Part shown: positions 24,809 through 37,129 of the stretch, piece by piece
How the letters are laid out: every line of letters begins with the position of its first letter
How positions within the stretch are numbered: the stretch's first letter is position 1
DNA from: Eledone cirrhosa
Lineage: Eukaryota
Direction: 5' to 3'
Assembly (NCBI GenBank): GCA_964016885.1
Contig: OZ024741.1
Span: forward strand, 146,878,001 to 146,942,000
DNA: 64,000 nucleotides
Notes under the pieces: generated by a model
Told to the model about the DNA's origin: nothing
The model's database searches: none
What the model saw: the letters and a program-made list of their open reading frames with translations, nothing else
Made by a program: the position numbers and the translations under genes

Positions 24809-25245
24809 TGCACCATCGCTGTGAGGCTATAGGGCCCGCATTAGGTGAAAACCTGTCTTTATCCTGCTTCATCGAGGAAAATCTTAGATTATCCAGCCAT
24901 CAGAGTATTCAGTTTATTTTCTTCACATATTGTCCAGGCATGCAGTTTTTCCACAATTAGGTCTGTTGGCGGCCTGCGTTCCAAAATACCTTATCCCGTG
25001 CAACACCAGGTACCACTGCTAGTAATATTATAAAATTAAATCAAATTGTTTAGAACTACAAGTGAAGTCATTCTTTTCCTTTTTTTCAAATATACCTGAC
25101 TGTACCAAGGATCTCACACATTTTCCAATATATATATATAATTTCTCTCTCCTAAAAACTATTCACTTGTAACGGTCAGGTCAAGAAACAGTCCACTAAA
25201 TTGAGGGATCTCTTCATAAGCCTATAGCCTCACAGCGATGGTGCA
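24809..25245. mobile_element. Unclassified MITE with perfect 25-bp terminal inverted repeats
   Basis: tgcaccatcgctgtgaggctatagg (24809-24833) and cctatagcctcacagcgatggtgca (25221-25245). Confidence 0.85.
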
Positions 25246-25343
25246 CTTTTCTGGTGCAAGAATGCTGCAAAACAGGTCATGAAAATGCAGTCAGGACTTT
25301 GAAGAAAAATTAAGCATATTTTTGTCTATTATTTCCTCGTGCT

Positions 25344-25351
<8 letters not shown>

Positions 25352-25435
<84 letters not shown>

Positions 25436-25510
25436 ATGTAATGAGTTTCAGAAGATCCCGTTAAGGGTGAAAGCAGCGATTCTTTGCTTAAACTTTAATC
25501 TGTTATTTTA

Positions 25511-25550
<40 letters not shown>
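25352..25550. repeat. Two (TA)n tracts enclosing a ~80-bp insert
   Basis: Directly visible. Confidence 0.95.
25443..25495 (+). ncRNA. Degenerate type I hammerhead ribozyme (Penelope pLTR/retrozyme-like remnant)
   Basis: Stem I gagttt/aaactt; core C-a-GAAGA; stem II tccc-gttaa-gggt; GAAA; stem III agca/tgct; NUH = CUU; AATAAA at 25510. Confidence 0.55.
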
Positions 25551-25553
<3 letters not shown>

Positions 25554-26869
25554 TATGTATGAATATGCACATCTGTGTTTATGTCCCATAACTTAACACT
25601 TTGAAAAATTATCTATAAAATAAGTAACAGTCTTGAAAATAAAGTAAGCAGTGGAGTCGATATGAGTAACTAAATTCCTTCATGGCAGTACCCTAGCATC
25701 ATTGCAGTCAAATGATTGAATCAAGGAAAAGAATAAAAAATAATTCTACTGGTTATAGTTGTAAATGTTTACCGATATATGATACTTATTTAGAGCTACA
25801 AATAAATAACTCAATTAGGCAAGCCAATTATACTACAAATTCCTAATCCAGAATTATATCCCTTTCAATGAACAGCAGATTTAGAGAAAGGAAGCTATAT
25901 ACAGATTTAAATGCTTTAAAGAACAAACAAAAGCATTCAATGAATCCCATTTTCTTTTTATATACAAATAGAATTTCTACTTGTAAATTTTCTACTTCAC
26001 TAATTATTTAGAAGAAATTGTAAAAGTTACTAAAGCAAGATATCAGCAACATATTCTTCAGTTGTATACCATCTGCATGTGGAAAATAGATATTGCTAAA
26101 TTTGCAAAACATTCCATTATAACTAAATTGCTCAAGTAACTGTTAATATTTCAAATGATAAATATTCTTGACAAATCATACTTATTGGTTGGAGGAGAGT
26201 GAAGCTTTCATTGTGGAGAATTGTTCTGAAAATTTCCATGTTATTTTTTCAAACAATATGGAATTATTTTTTGGAAGTGAAGCCATTGATAATAATCTCA
26301 TATTTATATTAGTTAATTTTTTTTTTCAGATGAATTATTGTATGCCCAAGATGTTTGGAATTCAGATTTAGATAAATAAAAATAAAGAATCACTTTTATA
26401 AAACAATAATCAATGAAAAATGAAATAAATAAATTTTGGTATTTATTTGTTTTATAATAAACACCATTAATATATTTTAAAGTAAATTTTGTAAAAGGAA
26501 GAATAAATATTTCTTTCTTTCTTGTAACTTATTATCATTTTATGTTCACTTATCCTTATTGGTATAGGTTTGATGGGTCTTTACAGAGCAAGCCAGTACT
26601 TAATTGGAGCTACTGTCCTCCTAAATATGTCGGGGGACTGTTTTGTTCAGATATGTTCCATTTTGGTATGATTTCTACAGCTGGGTGCCTTTTCTAATGT
26701 CAAACATTTTACAGAGAAGCATGTTTTGTGACATGAGGACAAAAGGGGTGAGGTGTTCAGGCTTGCAAGGCAGTGTATCAGAAAAAATTGTGATGTTGAT
26801 GGGGAGGAGTGTGTCCAAGATGATAATGGCAAACACTTTTCCTCACTGACATTGAAAAAAGGTGGCATG

Positions 26870-27930
26870 GAAGCACCACTATGGAAGATTACTGAATAAG
26901 GAGAATGCATGGGAAGAAGATAGTTTACCTTAAGTTGACCTAAAAGAGGGACTGGCTGTACAAATCAATAGTAGTATAGTAAGTAAGGCAATCAAGGATG
27001 TGAAGACAGGCAAGGCAGCTGGACCTTCAGCGAAGGTTGCTGAGACACCAAAAGCATCAGGAATGGGGGGGGGGAGGTCACATCATAGCCACCCGTATTG
27101 TAAACCAAGTAATATAAAATGGTATCATACCCAATGACTGGCGTAGCAACATCATCGTCAGCTGCTACATTGCCAAAGCAGATGCTCTAGACAGAGAAGA
27201 CTATAGAGGCATTAAGTTGGTTGACCAGGTTGACAGCTGATTAGGGACCATGTTAACCCACATGAGATGCAGTTTGGATTTGTGTCAAGTAAAAGTAACA
27301 CAAATGCTCTCTTCCTCGTAACTGCAGGAGACATATCTAGCTAAAAGTAAACTCTACTTGTCTTTTGTTGACCTGGAAAAAGATTTTGACAGAGTCCCCA
27401 GTTCCATTATATCTGGTGGGCTCTTAGAAAGCTAGGAATAGACAAGTGGCTTGTGAAGGCTGTACAAAGCCATATACAGATGAACAGTCAGTAAAGTCAG
27501 AATTAACAATGGCTATAGGGAAGATGTTAACATGCAGATAGGTGTAGATCAGTGATCAGTTCTCAGCCCCCTCCTGTTTATTGTTGTCCTTCTGGCTATA
27601 ACAGAGGAGTTTAAGTCTGTCTGCCTATAGGAACTTTTGGATGCAAATGGCCTAAATCTTATAGCTGAATCTATGGCTGGATTAGAAAAGAAATTCCAAA
27701 CCTGGAAGTATGGCCTAGAATAAAAAGTGAACTTCCAAAATGACAATTATGGGTACACAAGAGATGTAGTGGGATTTCAGGCAGGCTAGTAAAATATGTA
27801 GGTGTTACATGTGGCCGATGCACAGGTGCATTAAATAGCAGGATATAAACTGCTTCAAATGACCAGAGGGCTCTGTAGTAGTATATAGTTTCTGTTACCT
27901 GGATCACCAAATTAGTAGGTGATGATGATG
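26870..27930 (+). mobile_element. RTE LINE, heavily decayed (copy C); a minus-strand RTE tail fragment lies at ~26535-26720
   Basis: Remnants of MKTGKAAGPS, IPNDWRS, YRGIKL, EMQFGF and FVDLEK.FDRVP. Confidence 0.85.
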
Positions 27931-30604
27931 AGTGAGTGAGTGCATTGTACATGTTAAAGTTTCAATCAAATCATGGAGAGAAGAAATTTGCATACATGGG
28001 CAACTGTTGGTCATCTAAATAAAATACCTTGCTCTGTCTTTCACCTTGGAGAGGAACTTTCTGGATGCAAATATATAGTCAATCATGACAAAGAGAGGCC
28101 TGTCACTAATTTACAGAAAGATGGACTAAAGCAGCAAGAAGTGCCATACTTATAAATATATGACAGTATACACAAATAGGATATGGAACATCAGTCGATA
28201 GGCTAGTAGTCTAACATGTTACTGGCATAGCTATCTGAAACCCTGATAAATATTGACATGGTTATCTTCAACATTATATTTATGATGATGGAGATTATGG
28301 CAAAAATAAAGTTGTAAGGTAATTCAGTTGTCTTCAAGAGGAAACTCTTCACAAGACTAATAGATGAGTATGCAGATTGTCTAACAAAAAGTTCTGAAAT
28401 AGATGAATTTATATAGCAGTTTCAATGTAGATATAATAGGTTAAACTGACTAGTTTGAACATATATTTGATATGTATAAGGTTGGTTAAAAATAAATGCT
28501 TTCATACATAAACTTATACATACACTAGACACATACACCCATACAGTCTGACACATACACCCATACAGTCTGACACATACACTCAAATACACACATTTTA
28601 TGTTACATAACAGGGAAAAAGTAGATTTCTTTGATATATTTCTTAATATCTTGAGTAATTATTAATATCTTCTCTTGTGTAGATTTAACAATAATTTTTC
28701 TTCTCTTGGGTATAAAACAAATCATAAAATGAAGATCAGTCAATGTGGACGGAAATTATTGACAATTATCTATTACAGTTTACGTTGAATATGCAGGCTT
28801 CTGTGATATTTCTTGATTTTCAATTTTCTTCAATCTGTTAGACTGTATATCCATTTATAGGTTTCAGTCATGCTGGGGCAAAACTTACAAAGAATTTAGT
28901 CAATCATATTGACCCCAGTACTTATGTTGAAGTTTGGTACTTATTTTAACCATCTCTATTTGTCAAACCTCTTAGTTAGGGAACATAAGCAAACAGTAAG
29001 CGTACACATACACACATAGTGTTAAGGATAAAGTCATAGGAATGTAGAAAACAGAAATTCATATTTCATTTCATTTTATAGAATGAACAAATTAATAAAA
29101 TGTGGTTTATATATAAAACCTTGAAATAACTTAGGTCTTCCTAGTAATGTCTAACTCTTCTGATCCATTCCAATCAGATTGACAAGTGGTAGTGAGAGGG
29201 GAGTAGTTAATCAAATCCTTTGATTCAACCAACACAAGAAACTTAATACATTAGTGACCTTCTAATTCTTCCCTATTCATCACAATATTTTATTATCTGT
29301 ACTATATTCTTTTATTGATTTCACAAAGAAGAAAGGTTAGATGAAATTTGGCAGGATTTAAACTTAGAATTGAAAGCCTTTAAATTACTGATCTATTCTA
29401 CTGCTCTAATGCAAAATTTCCGCTTAACCTTTTGTAAAAGTTCTACTGATTAAAATTCACTTTATTTCTTTAGGCTATCAACCTTAGCTTTAGCCTACTC
29501 CATCACATCTTACATCATTCCCATCTGCTAGTGGTGCATTTGCAAGCTACAACAGAATTTTAGTGAAAAAGTACATTCTATAAGATGCCAGAAACAACAC
29601 TAATTAAAAGAAATTGTTTGAATGTCCTTTGGCAATATCTTTTCAACAGGGCAATCAGTAGCAAGTAGGAAAATTATTTCAAATTTAATTGAAATTGGAT
29701 AAGCTTGGCATTTGAAGAAATGGGTCAGAAAACTGTTAATCTGTATTCATCAGAAACTGAATTTCTTTTCCAAAGTATGCTTTATAAATCATTTTGTTAG
29801 AGTTTACCAATAAATGATAATCTCAAACTATTTTTAGTTAATGTTACAAATCATAGTAAACTTATTGTTACAAATCATAACTAAACTTTTTCTGTGTTAT
29901 TTTCTGTCTTCTACTATAGCTTTAGTTAGACCAATATGTTATGAAATTGCAGAAGTCCAATATATGTCTTTCAGTGTGTATCCTCTTACTTAGTTCAACA
30001 TAAAAAAAACAAATACCAGACTTGAAAAATAAATACAGAAGTCAATATGGTCGACTAAATAAATCCCTTGAAAGTAATGCCCCAGCATGGCCACAATCTA
30101 ATGACTGAAATAAGTAAAACAATAAAAGAATATTATTATCTGCATCTCTTAGTTCTTTTGCCTTTGAATTTTTTAAGATCTATTATTAACTATACAAATC
30201 TTAAAAGAATGTTTACTATCAACTAAATGTTACTTCATCATATCTATTTGCAATATCATTTAGACTTGCTGCATATTACACTTATCACCATAGCAATAGA
30301 TGAGAACTGTGATAGTAACTTGTGTGACATATGTTTATATCATTCAAAAAATGTCTGCAAACATGATGTCCTCTTTTACAGCAGTATGGATTATTAACAA
30401 TGTTGTTTTGAAAAATAATTATTTCCATTACTAACAACATAAAATAGAGGTTCTCATTAACAGAAGTTATTTAATAAACATATCATCAATGTTATTTAAA
30501 TATCGATATTGCACAACTATAAAACAGCAAGCTTTCTCTTATGGAGTAATAACAGAATTTATCCCTTACATTACAAAGATTATCTGCTATATATATATAT
30601 ATAT

Positions 30605-31012
30605 GAGTGCTGGATGTCCTTCTTAACACCATCCACTTTACAGAGTGTACAGGGTGGAGTTTATTGTAGCATTAGCATTCCACTTTACAGCATATATTAC
30701 GTGCATTTTGTCATGGAACCAATAGTACCACTTACAGTGTATTGGATGTATTATATCGTGGAACCAGTTTATAGAGTGTATATGGTGCATTTTAGAATGG
30801 CACTACTACATTACAGAGTGTATTGTATCGTGGAACCAGCCCTGCTACTATACATAATGTACTGAGTGTATTGTATTGTGAAACCAGCACTTTACAAAGT
30901 GTCCTGGATGTATTGTATTTTGGCACCAACACTACCACTTTACAAAGTGTACTAATGTATTGTATCATGGAACCAGTACTATCACTGCACTGAGTGTACT
31001 GGGTGTATTGTA
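30605..31012 (-). repeat. ~40-bp minisatellite derived from the RTE 3' UTR
   Basis: About 9 units like ccactttacagagtgtactggatgtattgtatcgtggaaccagtacta, following gctggatgtccttcttaacacc. Confidence 0.75.
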
Positions 31013-32130
31013 ATAAATTCATAAATGTTTAATATTGAAATACCAAATTTTCTTTCTATATATTTTTAATTACTTAAAGAAAAGTAACCTTAATTTATTA
31101 ATATATATAAACAAAGGGGTTGATTTAAGAGGCATTTGAAAAATTTTAAATATGCGCATCCCAAAGCAAATGAACATAAAAATAGCAATCATTATAAATG
31201 ATATTTAAAAACATCAAGTAATGTACCACTGGAGATGGGAAGAAGTGGATAGAAGCTCTTCTGTCCAATGTCTTTTATCTCCAGGTGTACTTTACTTAAT
31301 TTTCACAACTATTATTTACAGTGATTGACTATTATTATGGTCATATGTGTTGGACACATACATCTCAAATTAATATATCATGGAAATATCATCTAAGTTC
31401 AGGAGACTTTTAATAACTGGTGCTTAGGTCAAGTTTCAAGTCTTTAGATTAAGCAGAAATAAATCTATACACTTAAATAGCCAAGAAGATCAATATATAC
31501 AGAACTTTGGCAAAAACAATAGAGCACTAGAAAAATGTTTTGCAGTATTAATTCCAGCACTATGCAAACTGAGTTCAAATCTTGCCAAGGTCAACTTTGT
31601 CTTTCATCCTTTGAGATTTAATAAAATAAAGTACCAGTTCAGTACTTTGGTTGCTTTTATCAACTTTCCCCTTTTCACCAAATTGCTGGTTTTGTTCTTA
31701 AATTAATTTTGGTAGCAAAGATGAACCCAACATTTTAAATATATTGCATCGCAATTCCTATCCATGAGATCTGAAACTCAATGCACTTAAACCTTAATGA
31801 TGTTTATATAAATGGAAAAATTGTTATAAAAGATATATATATATATATATTTATGGAGTTTTAGGGGTCCTGTTCTGACATACAATGTGTCTGGCATTTT
31901 TCTAACCTGGCAGAGCCCATTCCCCCTCCAGGGCTGAATACAGCCGATTTCTTTCAGAGAAGGAGAGAGAGGTGGAGAGAGTAAGTGATAAACGGACATA
32001 GAAAAAGAATCTACCAAAGTACTGGACTGTTGCTTTTTTAACCTTCAAAGGATGAAAAGCAAATTTGACCTCAGTGGATTTTAAACACAAAGTAAAGGGA
32101 GCCAGAATAAATACTGCAAAGTATTTTATC

Positions 32131-32718
32131 CAGGTCTCGATTTAATAGGGGATAAAGTGCCCTGGACCCTCCACAGTGAGGGCAGGGGGCAATATCAATG
32201 GCCGTATCAATTTATTTGTGCCCTCTGCTGGGCATTTGAGGTTTATCCTTTTGACAACGAGGAATATAGTCTTATCAAAGAGTATTTAATGTCCTTACTG
32301 TGGAAAAATTCACCAAATTTTCCCAAATTTAGGGAACCAGGTTGTTATCAGAATATTCTAATAAAAAGTATTTGATGTTGCTGTGTAATGTGGTTGTGCC
32401 GGTATCACAAAAACAGTGCACCCAGTAAACATTCTAAAGTGGTTATGCTAAGGACATCCAGCAATAAATACCATGCCTACTTGTAATATATGAGCAAGAT
32501 GAGTTCACTCCAATATGTTTGGTCCTGGACTGCGACAACCTGTCCAACACATGCCAGTGTGGAAAGTGGACGTAAAATGAGGATGGCATGTATAACTTTT
32601 CAATTTCAATTACTTGCGCCAACCGACTTTGATATATAAAATTGGGGGCTTGATTGGTACTCTAGTTTTTCCAAACCTAAAGTGCCCTGAGACCCCCCAT
32701 GGTATAAATCCAGCCCTG
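32131..32718. mobile_element. hAT-like MITE interrupting a SINE and containing an RTE tail fragment
   Basis: Imperfect TIRs caggtctcgattta / taaatccagccctg; imperfect 8-bp TSD attttatc / cttctatc. Confidence 0.6.
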
Positions 32719-33079
32719 CTTCTATCTGAAAATTTAATTCTTCTACCAATTTGTTGCCTACATATATAGAGAGATCTGGAATTACAATGAGAACAATTTT
32801 TTATAAAATCATTGTTATAAACAATGATTGTTTTTAACAAGTATTGAATAATTTTGTACATACTGTGACATTTCTGTTGCAATTTTATTTCTGTTCTTAA
32901 ACAAAACAAAACTTACAGAAAAATCAATGAAAACCATACAACAGTTGGCATGGAGTATGTGTACAAAATGCTAAAGTTAATAAAAATGATTACTACACAC
33001 TTTTTCTTTTTATAAGAGTGTCTTGATAATTTCTAAATGTAAAATTGAAATAAATTTCTAGACTATCTATGATTTTCAA

Positions 33080-33093
33080 TTTATATATGCATG

Positions 33094-33140
<47 letters not shown>

Positions 33141-33153
33141 TTATATATGTATG

Positions 33154-33189
<36 letters not shown>

Positions 33190-33239
33190 CATTTATATAT
33201 GTATGTATATATATACATATGTTATCTGTATACATAAAC

Positions 33240-33272
<33 letters not shown>

Positions 33273-33328
33273 CATATATATATACATTATGTATATATAT
33301 ATGTTATTAACATACTTATATGTCATTA

Positions 33329-33372
<44 letters not shown>

Positions 33373-33447
33373 TATACATTATATATGTATATATATATAT
33401 ATATATATACACTATACATTATATATGTATATATATATATATATATA
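33080..33447. repeat. Long interrupted (TA)n tract
   Basis: Directly visible. Confidence 0.95.
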
Positions 33448-35783
33448 AAGATTAGTGTCTGCTTGAATTGAAATATATCTATGATATATCCTTTTTGATA
33501 GTTTTTGATGTTCATTTTCTTTTACTACCAATAAATTTGACAGGCATTTTTCTTATATAGCTTGAAAATAAAAATATCTTAAGGGCCTCCATTATAAACA
33601 TTTATAAATGATGTGAAATTCAATAAAGACAACAGAAAATATCATCAGCCTCTATACCTATCAACACGTTTGTATATTATATATTTTCTACTGCCAATAC
33701 TATTATAGATGTATCAATAAAATTGCATACACACATTCATGTATAAGTGTTTTGTATGGATGTATGTGCATTATATATGAGTAGATGAATGTTTTCTTTA
33801 ATGCTTATGTAAATATTTTTTCATAAATTGCAGAGTGTTTCTGATTTCAGATAGATAGATAGACAAATACATACATACATACATCTATACAACCATCCTT
33901 ACATACATTCATAAATATACATACATGGTTCACAAGACAGTTTATTTTATGCCCAGCAGGGAAATATAGCTGTGAATCATAAACAATATTATTTTATTTA
34001 CAAGAAAAAAATTTAATTTCCCTCAACACTTGTATAGTTTTCTCAGTTTCTAAATATTTTCATAGCCACTAAATTGTTTGATATGACATTTTAAATGAAA
34101 TTCATATAAAGTAGCATTAACCATTAGGGCTTCTTTATTAGAAATACTACTGCCTACAGTTTATAAACAGGAAAAGAAAAATATTAGCTTGGCAAAGTAA
34201 ACATTAATGATTTCACCACTCTATATGAAATAAAATGGTAATTAAATAAATATAATTAAAGCAAATATTGATTTCAGAAAGATTTTAACTGAAGAAACTT
34301 GAGTACTTAGGTACTTAATTTAGTGTCTCAGTAAGGAGAAAATCAAATCCAGTCTCAACAGGCTTTCAACTCAGTGAGGCTAAAAAATGACTATGTGGTT
34401 AACTGTTTCATTACAATATTTCTAATGAAAGACACCAGCTATAATTTCCAAATAGTTTGAAATTAATTAAGAATATGAAGTTATATAACTATTTTTTCTA
34501 ATTATTCAAATATTGTTTGAAACATTAACTTAATAATACTCCTTTCGTAAAATTATGATGGAACGTTTTTAGATAAATATAAATACTTTAAAGCAGTTTT
34601 GTATTGTAGAACCATGGGCAGTTTTATGCATTTTCATATCGAAAAGGTTCAGAATTCTTTTTCCATTTTGTAACATTTTAGAAAATTATCTTCTAACAAA
34701 AACCTCAGTAGCCAGAAACTGTCAGAGGAATCATTCCTGTTCCAAGAGGATAGACTTAACACTTAACCTGAAAAATATATCTTAAAACAGGTTTGTTAAT
34801 TCAAATGTCTGTAGAATATTTACTGGTGGACAGAAAATTGCTGTGAACATTTGCAGCATTAGAGGGAAATTTTGACTTTTTATGTGCTGCAGACATAGTA
34901 TGGTTTTGTAATTTGTCACCATCTCATTAATGCAGTTTCATGAGGTTAAGAATCATTCCATTGCCCAGTTTCAGCTCAACACCTTGCATTTGGGTACCTT
35001 TATTTGAGTTTACTCTATTGAAAATCATTCATGTTATGGTTTCTAGCCTGAAGATAATTTGCTGCCTTTCTTTCACCAAAAATCCCTGAAAAGAGTCATT
35101 AGCACTGCTTTTTACCCCCTAAGTGATATTGAAAACAAAAATACTATAAAGCATTACTTTGGAACTCACACATGGACGATATAAAAATATTGAACATTTT
35201 GTACATACAAACTGAACAAGACCTGATGGCCATGTGTTTTCAACAAAATGTCAAGTCTTAGGATTTAATATATTATTAAAATGAACAAATATCTATACAG
35301 TGGGCTTCTATCAGGAACAAGAAATATAATTAAATATTTACCAAATAATTTTCTATAATAGATTAAGTCTTTAGATGTTTTGTTTTTCTCATTAACCATT
35401 AACTATCTACATTTAAATGTTCAAAAGAATATTATTTTTGAATCATAATTTTTATATATTTTGGTGCTCTACTATTGCTTCAAAATTAAAGGGATAATAT
35501 AGGAAAAACAACAGTCAAAGGTCATAGTAAAATTGCTTGAGTATTTGTGTGATGATTTGTAGTCTTAGTCTTAAATTGTTAAATGCAACTAACTTTTGTT
35601 TCCTAGCTCACCAGCTTAAAAGACCGAGACCGTTTGGGTTGGACAAAATCTGCTGACAACTACATTGTTCTGATATCTTTTGTGAACTGCAGTGAACTGC
35701 CTTGGACAACCGAAGACAGACTATGAGGACCCATTACTGTATGACAATAAGCAAATGACTTCTAGAAAACCATTCCTCTAGAC

Positions 35784-36205
35784 CAAAGGTTCTCAATGGG
35801 GGGGGGGTATGCCCCCGGGGCGTTTCGGAGATCCAGGGGACGTTTTGGAGCGGGGGGCGTTAAAGGGGGTGAAGGTGAAGCTTGGGGGTGGGGGCTGGGG
35901 GCAGTGGAAGCCCCTTTAGTTTGGTAAGTTTTATAAGTCATATTTTGTACGTCTCTTAGACAGCCAATGTGAATGCATTTGAATGAAGAAAACGAAGAAA
36001 ATAAATAAAAGAAACTTGTCAACGAATTCCCTAGGGAGATAAAAGAAATACAAAAGAAATCAAAGAAAATGAACATAAGGACGTCAACTTTGACAACAGT
36101 TACAAGAACAATTTCAACAGAAATGACTGCAAAAAGAAGCAATGGTGATGCATACGTACATACATACACACATACGTACATACATACACACATACATACA
36201 TACAT

Positions 36206-36248
<43 letters not shown>

Positions 36249-36284
36249 GGCCTGCGTTAGTGTTTGATGAGGTTGAGAACCTGG
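35784..36284. mobile_element. hAT-Charlie-like non-autonomous element with internal (TACA)n/(CA)n
   Basis: caaaggttctcaa ... ttgagaacctgg; left flank ctctagac fits the NTCTAGAN target. Confidence 0.55.
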
Positions 36285-36649
36285 TCAGCTTTCAACCAGA
36301 GCTGTGGTATTTAATCTCCCTAGGTAATAAAATCTGGAGACAGAATTTTCTCCGTACCCCCCAAAAAAAACATAAATAATCATGTCAACATCCTTACACA
36401 CTCAACTGCGAGTAAATCAGATTGGAATTCCTTTTATTAATATAATGTTCTATACACAATCATATTTATATATATAAAAATCTACATACATACATATGTA
36501 CATACATACATTTATGTATATAGCTATGCATTTATATTTAAATGTGTAAGGATATATATATATATATATATATATATGTGTATATAATATATATATATAT
36601 ATTATATACACACACAGACATATATATATATGATATATATATATATTTT

Positions 36650-36868
36650 AAAGGACGATCGACTTTCGTCAAATCGGACCGAGGGAACAATGTTTCCGTT
36701 GGTCTTTCTAATTGCTAATACTATCTATCGGTCGCAACTCCAGCTAGAAGGAGCAACGTGAAATAAAGTGTCTTGCTCAAGGACATAACGCATCGCCTGG
36801 TCCAGGAATCGAACTCACAACCTTACGATTTCGAATCCAATTCCCTAACCACTCAGCCACACGCCTTC
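36650..36868 (-). mobile_element. CORE-like tRNA SINE (plus-strand relative at 47688-47940)
   Basis: Minus strand ggcgtgtggctgagtgg, gagttcgattcc, ccttgagcaagacactttatttc. Confidence 0.8.
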
Positions 36869-36986
36869 ACTATATATATGTGTCCTTACACACTTAAATA
36901 TAAATGCATGTATATATACAAATGTATAAATGGATAGCTATATACATACGTAAATGTATGTATGTATATATGTATGTATGTAGATT

Positions 36987-37017
<31 letters not shown>

Positions 37018-37129
37018 AATATGGGTGAGAAGAATACTGCTGGTTGCACATGGATAACATGTTATAAAATGAGTCCGTCATCAGTGACGCAAAGACAATG
37101 CAATGCAAAGACAATGCAAAGACAATGCA

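Noticed and set aside
26168-26371. 67-aa ORF
   Set aside because: Non-ATG start, AT-rich, no homology recognised
30605-31012. CRISPR-like periodic array
   Set aside because: Degenerate tandem units without unique spacers, no cas genes, eukaryotic context
32993-33471. YI-repeat ORFs (also VC/HT-repeat ORFs at 35762-36260 and 40723-41300)
   Set aside because: Microsatellite translations
36262-36305. ttgatga..stem resembling a hammerhead
   Set aside because: No GAAA or stems I and III; overlaps the hAT terminal repeat
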